From positions 1 to 42,791 of the IMG/VR virus record IMGVR_UViG_2537562189_000008: a stretch of DNA of 42,791 nt. The stretch is one strand, 5' to 3'. Below the pieces are notes generated by a model. The model saw nothing but the letters and a program-made list of their open reading frames with translations, was not told the DNA's origin and made no database searches. This document shows positions 1-10,978 of this stretch, piece by piece. The stretch comes from a virus (taxonomy: Duplodnaviria > Heunggongvirae > Uroviricota > Caudoviricetes). How positions within the stretch are numbered: position 1 is the stretch's first letter; every line of letters begins with the position of its first letter. Both the position numbers and the translations under genes were made by a program.

Positions 1-1158
1 ATGCTCACCGTTAAGCAGATTGAAGCAGCAAAGCCGAAAGAAAAACCATACCGCCTACTCGATGGTAATGGCCTGTACCTTTATGTCCCTGTATCAGGGA
101 AAAAGGTATGGCAGCTTCGCTACAAGATTGACGGTAAGGAGAAAATCCTGACTGTCGGAAAATATCCGCTTATGACTTTGCAGGAAGCAAGGGATAAGGC
201 ATGGACTGCGAGGAAAGACATCTCGGTTGGCATCGATCCGGTAAAGGCGAAAAAGGCTTCGTCTAACAACAATTCATTTAGTGCGATTTACAAGGAATGG
301 TACGAGCACAAGAAGCAAGTCTGGTCAGTAGGCTATGCAACTGAACTTGCCAAAATGTTTGATGACGACATTTTACCCATCATCGGCGGTCTTGAGATTC
401 AGGATATTGAGCCGATGCAACTGCTGGAAGTAATCCGCAGATTTGAAGATCGCGGTGCAATGGAGCGAGCCAACAAAGCCCGCAGAAGATGCGGCGAGGT
501 TTTTCGTTACGCTATTGTCACCGGAAGGGCTAAATATAACCCGGCACCTGACCTTGCAGACGCCATGAAAGGATACCGCAAGAAGAACTTCCCGTTCCTT
601 CCAGCAGACCAGATGCCTGCATTCAACAAAGCACTGGCAACATTTTCAGGAAGTATCGTATCGCTCATTGCGACAAAAGTTTTACGTTATACAGCCCTAA
701 GAACGAAAGAGCTTCGTTCCATGCTATGGAAGAACGTCGATTTTGAAAACAGGATTATCACCATCGACGCCAGTGTGATGAAGGGACGCAAAATTCATGT
801 GGTCCCGATGTCAGACCAGGTGGTTGAACTTCTCACTACGCTAAGCTCAATCACCAAACCAGTCTCAGAGTTTGTTTTTGCCGGGCGCAACGATAAGAAG
901 AAGCCAATCTGCGAGAACGCGGTATTGCTTGTGATCAAACAAATCGGCTATGAAGGTCTGGAAAGCGGTCACGGATTCAGGCATGAATTCAGCACGATTA
1001 TGAACGAGCACGAATGGCCTGCTGACGCTATTGAAGTGCAGCTGGCACATGCCAACGGTGGATCTGTGCGCGGTATTTACAACCATGCTCAGTATCTCGA
1101 TAAGCGCAGAGAAATGATGCAGTGGTGGGCGGATTGGCTTGATGAAAAGGAGGGGTAG
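1..1158 (+). CDS. int: Tyrosine integrase, P4/IntS-type with N-terminal arm-binding (DUF4102-like) region
   Basis: 385-aa ORF; N-terminus LTVKQIEAAKPKEKPYRLLDGNGLYL typical of P4-family integrases; C-terminal catalytic region with R..H..R..Y-type motifs (HGFRHEF, YNHAQY). Confidence 0.9.
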   Translation: MLTVKQIEAAKPKEKPYRLLDGNGLYLYVPVSGKKVWQLRYKIDGKEKILTVGKYPLMTLQEARDKAWTARKDISVGIDPVKAKKASSNNNSFSAIYKEWYEHKKQVWSVGYATELAKMFDDDILPIIGGLEIQDIEPMQLLEVIRRFEDRGAMERANKARRRCGEVFRYAIVTGRAKYNPAPDLADAMKGYRKKNFPFLPADQMPAFNKALATFSGSIVSLIATKVLRYTALRTKELRSMLWKNVDFENRIITIDASVMKGRKIHVVPMSDQVVELLTTLSSITKPVSEFVFAGRNDKKKPICENAVLLVIKQIGYEGLESGHGFRHEFSTIMNEHEWPADAIEVQLAHANGGSVRGIYNHAQYLDKRREMMQWWADWLDEKEG

Positions 1159-1248
1159 TGCCACCTACATCACTGCATGCATACACAGTAGTCTTAAGGC
1201 GCATTCAGATCAACTGTCATTTACTATGATTAACCTTAATCTTGCAAA

Positions 1249-1854
1249 ATGTTGAGGTTTTTCTTAATCTTTACACCTATTCACATTTCTGGCGAGCATA
1301 GAATGATAAGCAGCAAGGAAGATTACAAGTCATACCTTCTCCTTGACGAAAAGGCTATGAGGCTTCAGGGGTCAAGGTTAAAAAATATAATATTCAACGA
1401 TATATGGAGATTCCTTAGATTGCTAAGGAGGTTGGAGTATCTTACTAATTGCAAAGGAAATAAAGTTTTAATTCTGATTACAAGACTTAGGTTACGCAAA
1501 ATTCAAATGAAACTTGGATTTTCAATACCTATCAATACCTTTGGTCCAGGGTTATCAATACCACATTATGGTAACATAGTTGTTAACGCAGGAGCCAGGA
1601 TAGGTGCAAATTGCCGAATTCATGTAGGTACGAATATTGGCACATCAGCTGGAGCAGGACTTGAATCCCCTGTAATTGGTGATAATTGCTACATTGGTCC
1701 TGGAGCAAAAATTTACGGAAAGATAGTTATAGGTGACAATTGTGCAATAGGCGCGAATGCAGTCGTTAACAAAGATTTTAAAGATGGAAATTGCACTATT
1801 GCTGGCGTCCCTGCCAAGATAACATCATATAAAACATCAAAAGGTTATATATAA
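1249..1854 (+). CDS. Hexapeptide-repeat (left-handed beta-helix) O-acetyltransferase, serine-acetyltransferase/WcaB-like; start uncertain (alternative ATG at 1300)
   Basis: Repeated [LIV]-G-x-x-x-x hexapeptides (NAGARIGANCRIHVGTNIG, IGDNCYIGPGAKIYGKIVIGDNCAIGANAVV); strongly AT-rich relative to flanking phage genes; no clear Shine-Dalgarno at either start. Confidence 0.6.
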   Translation: MLRFFLIFTPIHISGEHRMISSKEDYKSYLLLDEKAMRLQGSRLKNIIFNDIWRFLRLLRRLEYLTNCKGNKVLILITRLRLRKIQMKLGFSIPINTFGPGLSIPHYGNIVVNAGARIGANCRIHVGTNIGTSAGAGLESPVIGDNCYIGPGAKIYGKIVIGDNCAIGANAVVNKDFKDGNCTIAGVPAKITSYKTSKGYI

Positions 1855-3924
1855 TTATTGATAGAAAACAGTTTTCAGTCCTGTGTTAGTCCCAACAGAG
1901 GTAATCCCTCTGTAAAGGCCGACATTACTGTTGGTTGTGCTATCAACCCTAACGATTCCATCAATGTTATTTATAAGTGAATTTGTGGTTTGTACAGCGT
2001 TGACAGCATAAGATTTACTTTGTGCTGATATATTTGATGCAACTAAAGTACCAGTTGTCATTGATACACCAACGCTTGACGAACCACTCTCAAAAACTGA
2101 ATTTTTAACAATAGCTTTTGCAACCCCACCAGAAATGTTTATATCTGCTCCGTTAAATGCCTGACTGATTCTCTTGACGTCTGACACGCTGATCAGAGAT
2201 ATACTTCCACCTGATAATATATCAAAGAAGAATGAAGACCTTGTGGGATTTGAACTTGATACTGAAATATCACTTAAGTAAACATTACCAATATTAAATC
2301 CGTATCTGATTTCTAACAAAATCGCCCCGTCATAACCTTGCCCATATATGCCATTAATATTTACATACGGTGTTGTGTTATTAACTGCCCGAATTGCGAC
2401 TATGTATCTTGATCCTTCAGAGTGAATGTTATTCGCGTTTACCTGCCCGGAAGTTATCTGTAGACCTGCGCTTAGCTCATAGGTTGCTGTCGTCTTAAGA
2501 TAAACATCACTGATAGTATTGAACCCATCAGATGAATCAACACCATTGCCAATCCTTCCTCGCCCACTAACACCACGAACAACACAGGAACTACCATAAA
2601 CACTAACACAACTATACATAGGGTTAGTTGCTGAGGCGTCATCACAAACCGCAAATACATTTGTTACTGTAACATCATTGGCCTGAACTTTGACTGCTCG
2701 CTTAAGTGCATTGTAAGTATAAACGCCATCAACCTTTATTTTCTTCCCGCTGAGCATATTTGATGATGAGTTGTAAATCTGAATAACAACACCATCAGCA
2801 TCTTCCCAAGGGTTTAGCTTGTAAATCCTTACGTTACTTATAACTCCACTTGATACCTCATCATCATTTGATGGTACTGGATCAAGTGCCGTTCCTACAA
2901 GAATCCCTCGACATGGCCCAATTACATCACCCTGAATACCATTTCCAATGGTGGTAATATTATGTATTGATATGTTATCAACGACAAAATTCAATACAGA
3001 ATTTGCATCTATGAAAATACCATAAGTTAGTTGAGAACCATTACTATCAAAAACATCAACATTCTTAACTACTGGATTAACAGCCCCTGTTTTGATATGA
3101 ACAGGCCTTCTAATTGCCATCATATTGCAGTTAACTTTAATATTGTTAAGCATGCATGAGTTTACTGTTATAAATGATCCTTCATCTCCGATAGCAACAA
3201 TTTCACCATTAATCAAATCTTTCGTAATATTGATGGTGCTGGCTTTAACTGTAGTTCCGTTAAGGTCCACATTCAATCCGTGCGCCATAATAGATTCAAT
3301 TGAATATTTCGCATCAGCACTCGTATCGATATACTGAGATGGCCAAACCAGTGTGTTATGAGGTGAAGAGTATTTATAAGATAGGCCATTCCTTGTTAAA
3401 TATAACTGTGATGCTGATACCGAAAACCCATCGGCAAGACCTGTAATTCCCGGAGCATATTCGTAAATCTCACCTGAGGATGTGGTGATTTTAAAACCAA
3501 CATTTGGATCTGAATCCATGGCACCATGTAATGCCCCATTTACTAAATTAACCCCACCAACACCATCTAACTCCTGTCTTAGTTGGTCAGGGTCATACTT
3601 CAGCACATTAGGAAAATAGAACTGCTGCGCACCATACGCATCATATACAGCCATAGAATGGCCTTGCACAGTTACGAACTTGGCAATCTGCCCGTTATAT
3701 ACCGGGTAACCAGCAGCGTTAATGATGATTGGTTGCGAAACAGGAATGTGAGAACCGTCTTCGTTTTCCACATAAACCTGAATCTGGTTTTCAGGATTTA
3801 CCGGATCAGTGTCAATTTTACCGATATAAATTTTGCCATTGGCAACCGCTTTAAAAGAACGCGCCATAGTGAAGAGTTGAGAAGGCATGCTCACTACAAC
3901 ATTGGCATTTATTGAATCTGTCAT
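1855..3924 (-). CDS. Tailspike protein with P22-type N-terminal head-binding domain and a divergent beta-helix receptor-binding domain
   Basis: 689-aa ORF; N-terminus [12 protein letters not shown]...[38 protein letters not shown] matches P22 gp9 head-binding domain from memory; remainder is Ser/Thr/Asn/Gly/Val-rich as in beta-helix tailspikes; AT-rich C-terminal portion. Confidence 0.9.
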   Translation of the reverse strand: MTDSINANVVVSMPSQLFTMARSFKAVANGKIYIGKIDTDPVNPENQIQVYVENEDGSHIPVSQPIIINAAGYPVYNGQIAKFVTVQGHSMAVYDAYGAQQFYFPNVLKYDPDQLRQELDGVGGVNLVNGALHGAMDSDPNVGFKITTSSGEIYEYAPGITGLADGFSVSASQLYLTRNGLSYKYSSPHNTLVWPSQYIDTSADAKYSIESIMAHGLNVDLNGTTVKASTINITKDLINGEIVAIGDEGSFITVNSCMLNNIKVNCNMMAIRRPVHIKTGAVNPVVKNVDVFDSNGSQLTYGIFIDANSVLNFVVDNISIHNITTIGNGIQGDVIGPCRGILVGTALDPVPSNDDEVSSGVISNVRIYKLNPWEDADGVVIQIYNSSSNMLSGKKIKVDGVYTYNALKRAVKVQANDVTVTNVFAVCDDASATNPMYSCVSVYGSSCVVRGVSGRGRIGNGVDSSDGFNTISDVYLKTTATYELSAGLQITSGQVNANNIHSEGSRYIVAIRAVNNTTPYVNINGIYGQGYDGAILLEIRYGFNIGNVYLSDISVSSSNPTRSSFFFDILSGGSISLISVSDVKRISQAFNGADINISGGVAKAIVKNSVFESGSSSVGVSMTTGTLVASNISAQSKSYAVNAVQTTNSLINNIDGIVRVDSTTNSNVGLYRGITSVGTNTGLKTVFYQ

Positions 3925-3981
3925 TTAATTTGCTCCAGATACAAGGAATCACCGAAGCATGGCTACGATGAATTTTGGGCA

Positions 3982-4008
3982 TAAAAAAACCCAGCCGAAG
4001 CTGGGTTG
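3982..4008 (-). terminator. Rho-independent terminator between ant and the tailspike gene
   Basis: Minus-strand hairpin AACCCAGC-TTCG-GCTGGGTT followed by a T-run (plus-strand aaaaaaacccagccgaagctgggtt). Confidence 0.7.
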
Positions 4009-4024
4009 TCGCGTTGGTTATCTG

Positions 4025-4903
4025 TCAGTAGTTATGTACTGAAGGAGGTAATTCTTTATTCTTAAGTCTCATCCATGCGGAAAGATTCGTTGGTCCGTCT
4101 GGCTCATTGATATCAACATCTCGTGTGTGATTGATTAAAACGTCTCTCGCCATTCCGATAACATACGAGAATTCATGACCGTAGTCGTAGCATCTGCCGG
4201 AATAGTTCGATTGAATTTGTTTTAATGCCGGATACAGTTCGCAGAATAATGCCTGTGAACGGTTAGCATAATCCCATAGCCATACAAGGCTGTTTGCTTC
4301 TTTTGCAGAAAGCTCGTTTGCTTTCTTCTCTTGTTTGCCGATAAACTCGCCTTCAAGCACTACCCTGTGGATGTACTCTACGGCCAGCGGGATTTGTTCA
4401 ATTGAAAGTTCATCAATGCTGTCAATACCAAAACGCTGATGAACCATATTGTATGCATCGTCATAGCGAAGTCCTTTCTTTCCTACCAGCATGTTTACTG
4501 CATCGCGTAGCGCCGTTCTTTCCTCAACAGTGGTTTTCTTGCCTTTCACATACTCGCCATGTTTGCGAATTGAAGGTAGAACTTCTGCTGTTACCCACTT
4601 GCGGAATTTGTGCGGGACCGAACCTTTATTGACAGCATCGCGGCAGCGCAGAACCAATGTATACATACCTGATTCGCTAACAATGCTTAGATTCTGCTCA
4701 CCACCAAGGGTGTAACTTAAAGTTACTCCCTTTTCATCGTCATCAAGTGCAGTAAGCGCCTTGCGTGAGTTAGTCAGGGTTAAAGCATCACAAACATCTT
4801 TTGCTACAAACCACGGCTCACCGCATTTGTTGATGACGCGGATTTCACTGTCGCCGAATTTGAAGATGGTGAAATCGTTTTGTGCCTTTGCTATACTTTT
4901 CAT
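4025..4903 (-). CDS. ant: Antirepressor Ant (Bro-N domain N-terminus); ORF extends to 4969 but start at 4903 has a good Shine-Dalgarno
   Basis: Position downstream of arc as in P22 immI; N-terminal Bro-N-like region ([28 protein letters not shown]); AGGAAA 7 nt upstream of the ATG at 4903. Confidence 0.85.
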   Translation of the reverse strand: MKSIAKAQNDFTIFKFGDSEIRVINKCGEPWFVAKDVCDALTLTNSRKALTALDDDEKGVTLSYTLGGEQNLSIVSESGMYTLVLRCRDAVNKGSVPHKFRKWVTAEVLPSIRKHGEYVKGKKTTVEERTALRDAVNMLVGKKGLRYDDAYNMVHQRFGIDSIDELSIEQIPLAVEYIHRVVLEGEFIGKQEKKANELSAKEANSLVWLWDYANRSQALFCELYPALKQIQSNYSGRCYDYGHEFSYVIGMARDVLINHTRDVDINEPDGPTNLSAWMRLKNKELPPSVHNY

Positions 4904-4971
4904 GTCAATATTTCCTAATCCGATTTGTTGATACCGAAGCCCTGACTGTTCCCGCAGTTGGGGCTTCAACT

Positions 4972-5133
4972 TTACGCGCCAATGCGCCCTTCCTTCTTAA
5001 AGCTTTCCATTACTCTCTGATAAATCTCAGAGTTAACAGACCGACCATTCTCTTCCGCCACCTTGCGTACCAAATCCAATACTTCTTTAGGCCACCGCAA
5101 ATTGAACTGCGGCATCTTGCTCATTCCTTTCAT
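4972..5133 (-). CDS. arc: Arc repressor (ribbon-helix-helix)
   Basis: 53-aa product [53 protein letters not shown] matches P22 Arc from memory; ORF track reading frame extended upstream to 5196. Confidence 0.9.
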   Translation of the reverse strand: MKGMSKMPQFNLRWPKEVLDLVRKVAEENGRSVNSEIYQRVMESFKKEGRIGA

Positions 5134-5149
5134 ATTCACCTCACAATAT

Positions 5150-5196
5150 AGGTCCACCGTGGACCTATTGAGAATATAGTAGAGTGCTTCTATCAT
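5150..5196. promoter_or_regulatory. immI operator region: Mnt operator (palindrome AGGTCCACCGTGGACCT, 5150..5166) and Arc operator (ATAGTAGAGTGCTTCTATCAT, 5176..5196) between divergent arc and mnt
   Basis: Perfect 17-bp palindrome and 21-bp near-palindrome directly visible in the intergenic region; match recalled P22 Omnt/Oarc. Confidence 0.8.
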
Positions 5197-5223
5197 GTCA
5201 ATACACTAACTTGGAGTGATGGC

Positions 5224-5475
5224 ATGGCTAGAGATGATCCGCACTTTAACTTCCGTATGCCTATGGAAGTAAGGGAGAAATTAAAATTCAGGGCGGAGGC
5301 GAATGGGAGATCAATGAACTCCGAGTTGTTACAAATCGTCCAAGATGCTCTATCAAAACCATCGCCTGTGACTGGATATCGCGACGATGCAGAACGACTC
5401 GCTGATGAGCAGTCCGAACTTGTTAAGAAGATGGTGTTTGATACGCTGAAGGATTTGTACAAAAAACCCACCTGA
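5224..5475 (+). CDS. mnt: Mnt repressor (ribbon-helix-helix, maintenance of lysogeny)
   Basis: 83-aa ORF MARDDPHFNFRMPMEVREKLKFRAEANGRSMNSELLQIVQDAL... matches P22 Mnt from memory. Confidence 0.9.
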   Translation: MARDDPHFNFRMPMEVREKLKFRAEANGRSMNSELLQIVQDALSKPSPVTGYRDDAERLADEQSELVKKMVFDTLKDLYKKPT

Positions 5476-5490
5476 CGGTGGGTTTCATAA

Positions 5491-6459
5491 TTAGATTTCT
5501 GGTTTCATTCTTCCAAAAACCTTTTCTATTCCTTTTTCGTATTCTTCTCTTGTCTCACTCATCGCTGCGACCCCAAGAAGCTTACCGATATGCTGACGCA
5601 AAGCCTTGACACCAATTTCAGAAAGGAACAGATGCAACTTATCAGATTGTTTTCCGTTCTCGTCTCGGCTGGCTCGAATCTGTTCAAGGATTTTACCTTT
5701 ACTCTTTGCTAGCGGGGTGTATATCTGCATGTTGGTTAGCTGCCCAAAACGAATAGGCCGTCCTTTCTCTGGCCTATTCAGGCCGTACAGTCGATACCAC
5801 TCCTCGTATAGCTCATCTGGAAATTCCTTTTCATATTGACGAGCCTCTTCACGAACAAACGCTTTGAACTCGTCAATGACAGCCTGAACTTCTGGACGAT
5901 AACCAGCAAGCGCATACGCAACCCCCTTAATTCCCGCCTTAGCGGAGGCATTAATAAGTCTCTGTGCTGCGGCGGCTGCCTTTAACCGTGATTGTGGTAG
6001 ATCGTCATTATCTTTGGCTTCTATTAGTGCCCTACCAATATCAACAATTGCTGTAATGTCATAACCTAACGCTTGATGAACGGTTTTAGACTTCGAAGTA
6101 AGTTGAAATTTATAGGGATTTTCCATTTTTCGCTGCAATTCTAGATCTCGGTATTTGCTCATATACTGAGCGCCAAGCAGTTGATCTAAATCCCTGGCAT
6201 GTTCACCAATCCCTAGCAACTGAGATAATCCAGTTTTCGTAACAACGACAGTTTTCGACTCGTCATCCAGTACATAACATTCAGCATCAATGCCAAAATC
6301 ATCTAAAAAGTTACCACGATGAGTTGCCCTGAGAATCTTACTTTTCCATCTTGCAGCAGCTGCTTTCTTTGCTATTTCAGAACGCTGCTCTTTAGTCAGC
6401 GACTTTGCGCGAGCGATCCCGCCCTTAGCTTTCCCTTCGCCACTTTTCTTTTCAGTCAT
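5491..6459 (-). CDS. Hypothetical protein (322 aa) with basic N-terminal KGG/ARW-type motif; occupies the sieA-equivalent accessory slot; ORF extends to 6522 but the ATG at 6459 has a Shine-Dalgarno
   Basis: N-terminus MTEKKSGEGKAKGGIARAKSLTKEQRSEIAKKAAAARW; AGGTG 8 nt upstream of ATG at 6459; no recognisable catalytic motif. Confidence 0.6.
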   Translation of the reverse strand: MTEKKSGEGKAKGGIARAKSLTKEQRSEIAKKAAAARWKSKILRATHRGNFLDDFGIDAECYVLDDESKTVVVTKTGLSQLLGIGEHARDLDQLLGAQYMSKYRDLELQRKMENPYKFQLTSKSKTVHQALGYDITAIVDIGRALIEAKDNDDLPQSRLKAAAAAQRLINASAKAGIKGVAYALAGYRPEVQAVIDEFKAFVREEARQYEKEFPDELYEEWYRLYGLNRPEKGRPIRFGQLTNMQIYTPLAKSKGKILEQIRASRDENGKQSDKLHLFLSEIGVKALRQHIGKLLGVAAMSETREEYEKGIEKVFGRMKPEI

Positions 6460-6615
6460 AATGCAAGCACCTTTGTTGTGATTTATGCTTGCATTATATA
6501 CACTGTGCACACATACAAGCAAGCATAAAACTAAAACAAAATGCTTGCATTACAACCGCGCTACTCCAACTACACATTATCATCTGGTATCCTGCTCAAA
6601 ACTAAGGAGGTTGGT

Positions 6616-7005
6616 GTGAAGCAATTTCTTGCTGCTATGTTCTTATTCATATCTTTTGGGGCTACAGCAGAGTGCTGGGTCGTTGGAGATATGCGCGGAA
6701 TAAGCTATTCAGAACGAAATAATTTCCATCCGGAAGAAGATGGTTTTAGTGGAACATTCATCATTAAGACAAGCGGTGAAGATGCCAGCATCACATATTC
6801 TGGGACAGATGCGGGCGGCATGGCTTACAAAGCATTGTCTAAAAACTCCATCATAGGAATCGGCGCGAATGGCGAAACTCAACGCGTTATCGACTCATGG
6901 GTAATACATCCTACTGGAACAGTTTTAATGTCAAAAACCATTTCCGGTTATGGAAATATGGATTCAACCAAAGCTTTTGTTGGAAAAGTAAAAAGAAAAT
7001 GTTAG
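6616..7005 (+). CDS. Small secreted/periplasmic protein of unknown function (GTG start; signal peptide)
   Basis: AAGGAGG 6 nt upstream of GTG at 6616; product begins VKQFLAAMFLFISFGATAE (hydrophobic signal peptide, A-x-A-like cleavage site, no lipobox); ORF track lists the longer ATG-initiated frame 6541..7005. Confidence 0.55.
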   Translation: MKQFLAAMFLFISFGATAECWVVGDMRGISYSERNNFHPEEDGFSGTFIIKTSGEDASITYSGTDAGGMAYKALSKNSIIGIGANGETQRVIDSWVIHPTGTVLMSKTISGYGNMDSTKAFVGKVKRKC

Positions 7006-7029
7006 CGATTGAATCCAATTTCCCATACG

Positions 7030-8871
7030 TTACTGCTGTGTTGCCTCAGTAGCAAACAGCGGTCTGATGGCATTCGCAGCGTTATTTAGCGCTCTTTCAT
7101 AGGCTGGTGTTCCTGCTTTGGTGTTTGCCAAACGAAGAAGCATATTCCTTGCGGCTTTGGACTCATACAAACGCATCATTGCACCAAAGCCAGCCTCAAG
7201 CCCCATTGATACTCCAAGAGTCGCAGTTGCGCCAATCGTCCTTATCCTGTTGGCTTGTGATTGCCCCGTCTGAGTTACTACATTTGCGGTGTCTGACCTT
7301 GCTGTTTGCTGTAGAACTTCATGAAGAGCATCAAGCTCTTTCATGTGCTTTCCAGAAAAAATAGTGTTGTAAATTTCACCGCCTGACTGAGATTTAAGCT
7401 TATTAACTTCAGTGATGAACTTGGCTGGAGAGTCACCGGCCTTTTCCGCTATTTTGCTGACGTAAGCTGCACGCATAGCATCTTTCCCTTTATCATCCAA
7501 TGCGCTCCAGATTCGTTTCACGTCAGATGGCTTTCTGCTTAATACAACGGTATTTATAAGTTCAGGACTGGCTTCACTGCTTGCCTTGTTGAGCTTGTTA
7601 GCAATGTTTTTATTAAGCACCTTATTATAAACGTTTGCATAATCGGAATTTGCTTTAAGGTATTTTGCTGCGTCTGACGCACCGAGGTTTTTTGCAACTG
7701 CGTTACGAAGGTCTTTTGACATTGCATTCTCTACCATATTGGTAGCTGCTTTTGCCTGGTTGGGGAAGACCATAGAATCTCCCTGAACATTAGATCTAAA
7801 TGCTGTTCTGTGCTGACGCAAGAGATCAAACGTAACATCCAAATCAGTTGCAGGGTTTGCTAATTCTTCACGTAGGTTACGCAAGGATGTAAGCAGGCTT
7901 TGATTGGCTGAAGTCCCAAGCCGTTCCTGTCTTGCGATCGCTGTATTCAGAGCATTCATGGTATTTGTGGTATCAACTGCGGCATTACCCATTTTATTGG
8001 TGACGTCATTGATAACAGCGCCAGCGGCATCCTTCCGCCCCCTTAACGTGGTGGTCAGAGATTTCACCACATCATCAGGGTTGTACTCACCAAAACGGTC
8101 AAAATAATTGCTTACCAGCTTACTACGCGTTGCATATTGCTCCGCTCTCTTTGAGCCTGTCCCGAGCAAAGCCCCCTCGGCATCCTGAGTAAGGCCGCGA
8201 GTGAAAGCATTTTTCGGCGGGATAACATCAGATGTCATTGGTGTCACGCCCATCGATTCTGATGTGGCAATTTTCTTCGCCACTTCTGGCGCAATATCAC
8301 CTTTTATAGCCGTTATTCCACGCCCTATTCCCTTTGCTGCTGCGGAAAGAACCCCCTGAGCGGCAAGGTTAACTCCGGCGTTTCTTGCTGCATTTTGTGC
8401 GAAATCGCCTTTCTGATTTGCAGCCTCTGCCAGTGAGCCAATAGCCATGCTTCCTGCCGTTCCAACTCCTGGAACTAAATACCCACCAATTGTTTCACCG
8501 GCTTGCGCGTAGGGGTCTGTCGGTCTGTCTACTGGACGATAAACATCATCCAAAACCTTGGGTCCACCAAGCCCCTGACTGATTGCATTAATCAGACTTG
8601 CGCCACCCTGCAATACGTCAAATGGTATGTTTACCAGACCACGACCAGCCTGTTCTGCAATTTGCCCTGCACTTTGACCACCAGTGAGCCAATCGCCAGC
8701 TTGTTGCATCAATGATGGTTCTTCACGTGCTGGTTCATTGCTATCCTGGCTGACAGTTTGTTGCTGAACAGACTGTCCAGCAAAATACTCATCAATGGCA
8801 GATCCAATATCTTCCGTGCTCGTACCATCAGGGAAGGTAAATGTCTTACCGTTTGCAGTTACTTTCATCAT
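7030..8871 (-). CDS. Ejection (injection) protein, P22 gp16-like
   Basis: 613-aa ORF at the position and size of P22 gene 16, last of the 7-20-16 ejection-protein triad. Confidence 0.8.
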   Translation of the reverse strand: MMKVTANGKTFTFPDGTSTEDIGSAIDEYFAGQSVQQQTVSQDSNEPAREEPSLMQQAGDWLTGGQSAGQIAEQAGRGLVNIPFDVLQGGASLINAISQGLGGPKVLDDVYRPVDRPTDPYAQAGETIGGYLVPGVGTAGSMAIGSLAEAANQKGDFAQNAARNAGVNLAAQGVLSAAAKGIGRGITAIKGDIAPEVAKKIATSESMGVTPMTSDVIPPKNAFTRGLTQDAEGALLGTGSKRAEQYATRSKLVSNYFDRFGEYNPDDVVKSLTTTLRGRKDAAGAVINDVTNKMGNAAVDTTNTMNALNTAIARQERLGTSANQSLLTSLRNLREELANPATDLDVTFDLLRQHRTAFRSNVQGDSMVFPNQAKAATNMVENAMSKDLRNAVAKNLGASDAAKYLKANSDYANVYNKVLNKNIANKLNKASSEASPELINTVVLSRKPSDVKRIWSALDDKGKDAMRAAYVSKIAEKAGDSPAKFITEVNKLKSQSGGEIYNTIFSGKHMKELDALHEVLQQTARSDTANVVTQTGQSQANRIRTIGATATLGVSMGLEAGFGAMMRLYESKAARNMLLRLANTKAGTPAYERALNNAANAIRPLFATEATQQ

Positions 8872-10274
8872 TCCACCGTAAATTGAATGCCTGATTTTGA
8901 GGTATATGATCCAACCTGATTCCGTGGTTCTCCTGAAGGTGTCGAATCTTGCGCTGGTGCTGCGTCAGTATTCATTGACATATACCGCTTAACGGCACTC
9001 CCCAATGATTCACCTTTTTTAACATCCAACCCCAATATCTGACCGCCATTACGCGATTGTCCAGGGTTGCCATTCGCGCTCATCCACTCAGCTTTAAACT
9101 CATTAAACTGCGCGTTTCGTCGCTCAAGGTTTGCCATTGCATCAAGCCATCTTGCGACCGTCTCAGGGTTATCCATGTCAGTTGGCGCACCCTGTCGAAC
9201 GATCTCAACGTCTTTATCCGTTGCTGGGCCGGGAGGTAGGAATTTAAGAACCTGACTGTTAACAAGGGCATTTTGGCGAATGCGCAAATCACGCAATGTC
9301 GTATCGCTTCCGGTAAGTTTTGCGAACATGTTCTGTGCGTTACCGAACAAACCTGTCGTTGGTTTTTCTGCTCTGAACTGTTGAGCAAGCGCACTCATAG
9401 AATTGGCTGAGTTTGCTGATGCTGTAGCATTGTTTACAGCCGTCTCGATGCCTTTTTCCATGTTTACTGACAGCTTAGGTGCTTCGCTAATCAACTGCTG
9501 AGCCTTTTCCTGCGCTTGCTGCATTTTAAACCCGAACTCTTGCTGATCCAGAGCCAAGCGTTGTGCTGCGATATTGTGCCCAGTCATTGCTGACTGATAG
9601 GAAAGGTTTTGCCCTCTCGCCTGAAGTGCCTCGCCAGCCTGATTGCTGCGGATTGTCTCTGCAAGTTTTCCGCGATCAATCTCACGACCAGCCATCTTGT
9701 CCTGAACATTGAAGTAATCAATCGGACCAAGAGCAGCCATTCCAAGGTGATCAACAAACTCACCAAATCCTGAAGGATTCTGCTGATACATCTGAGCAAC
9801 GTTATTAGGGTCAACACCGACGCGCGCCAGCTCATTGGCGTTGTTTTGCAGCCATGATTGCATTGCTTCTGGAGACGATGACGCAAGGCGTGCGCCAGCC
9901 GCTAAGGTGCCGATAGAATTACGCTGATCTTCATCAATGAATCCCATGCCTTTACGAACGGATTCAATCTGTTCTGGATATTGAGTAGCCAACTGACGCA
10001 AAGCACCGCGATCACCAGACGCATAAGCATTAGCGTATGCCTGCTGAAATTCTTTCTGCCGCTGAGCCTGCTTTTCCTGCTGAAACACCCCCGCAATACC
10101 TGAAAGGCCTTGCAAAGCAGTCAGCCCAACATTGTTAGCGCCTGAACGCTCAATATCATTGTTCTGCCTGATAAACTGAAGCGTATTGCCGATGTCATTT
10201 ACGCTCGGAGCGTTTGAGTTGACGCCGCCGATACCAGCTAACAATCCGCCGTTTGTTCCTTGCCAAGTAGCCAT
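8868..10274 (-). CDS. Ejection protein, P22 gp20-like
   Basis: 468-aa ORF, size and synteny with P22 gene 20; overlapping stop/start with neighbours. Confidence 0.8.
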   Translation of the reverse strand: MATWQGTNGGLLAGIGGVNSNAPSVNDIGNTLQFIRQNNDIERSGANNVGLTALQGLSGIAGVFQQEKQAQRQKEFQQAYANAYASGDRGALRQLATQYPEQIESVRKGMGFIDEDQRNSIGTLAAGARLASSSPEAMQSWLQNNANELARVGVDPNNVAQMYQQNPSGFGEFVDHLGMAALGPIDYFNVQDKMAGREIDRGKLAETIRSNQAGEALQARGQNLSYQSAMTGHNIAAQRLALDQQEFGFKMQQAQEKAQQLISEAPKLSVNMEKGIETAVNNATASANSANSMSALAQQFRAEKPTTGLFGNAQNMFAKLTGSDTTLRDLRIRQNALVNSQVLKFLPPGPATDKDVEIVRQGAPTDMDNPETVARWLDAMANLERRNAQFNEFKAEWMSANGNPGQSRNGGQILGLDVKKGESLGSAVKRYMSMNTDAAPAQDSTPSGEPRNQVGSYTSKSGIQFTVE

Positions 10275-10283
10275 GATTACCCC

Positions 10284-10976
10284 TTAAAACAACGAGCCAA
10301 GCAATCCGATACCAGCACCAATGCCAGCGCCCCAAGGCGTTGATGTTCCCAAAAGACTGGCAAGACCTGCACCGGCAATCGCACCAGACGTTCCGCCACT
10401 AATTGCAGTCTGAAGACTTGATGGTTTATTGGCATTAGCAGCGGCAAGAGCTGCGCTTTGCTGTGCAATGCTGCTCATGTTGTTGGCGTACGTCTGCCCG
10501 GCGTTTGCCTGACCTTGCAGCGCACCAAGCCCAACGTTTGCCAGATTGTTGTAATTGCTCATCTGGTTTGATAACCAAGACTGACCGAGTGTCGGCGCGA
10601 TCGTAGCCAGTTGATTGCTTGTGGCTGTCGAACCAAGTCCGCCAGTCGCTTCCGCAGCAGCAAGACTCTGGTAACGAGCCTGACCTGCAAGGTCTTTATA
10701 CTGCTGAGAATTGTAATACTGATTAAGTGCCTGCCCCTGACCTTCTAAACTGGAAAGATTCTGAAGCTGGTTAACATACTGCTCCGCAAGCGGCGTGAAC
10801 GGAGCAAGGTTTTTCATGATCGTCTGCCACTGCTGATTTTGCAGGTCTGCGGCATACTTCTGAGCTTCTGCGGCATACTTTGCGCTTTTATCAGAACTGC
10901 CACCTTTCCCGCCTTTTTCAGGGCAATAAGGTTCCTCGCCGCGCAGTTTTCTGCCCAGCTTAAATGCATATAACAT
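10284..10976 (-). CDS. Ejection protein, P22 gp7-like
   Basis: 230-aa ORF; Gly/Ala/Gln-rich, synteny with P22 gene 7. Confidence 0.75.
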   Translation of the reverse strand: MLYAFKLGRKLRGEEPYCPEKGGKGGSSDKSAKYAAEAQKYAADLQNQQWQTIMKNLAPFTPLAEQYVNQLQNLSSLEGQGQALNQYYNSQQYKDLAGQARYQSLAAAEATGGLGSTATSNQLATIAPTLGQSWLSNQMSNYNNLANVGLGALQGQANAGQTYANNMSSIAQQSAALAAANANKPSSLQTAISGGTSGAIAGAGLASLLGTSTPWGAGIGAGIGLLGSLF

Positions 10977-10978
10977 GG

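Noticed and set aside
865-1164. 99-aa minus-strand ORF inside the integrase gene, and similar short antisense ORFs within tailspike, ejection, coat, portal and terminase genes
   Set aside because: Fully contained in strongly supported genes on the opposite strand, with no start signals or recognisable protein features
1249-1400. NeuO-like phase-variable acetyltransferase with 5' heptanucleotide repeats
   Set aside because: No tandem heptanucleotide or other simple sequence repeat is present in the 5' region of the acetyltransferase gene
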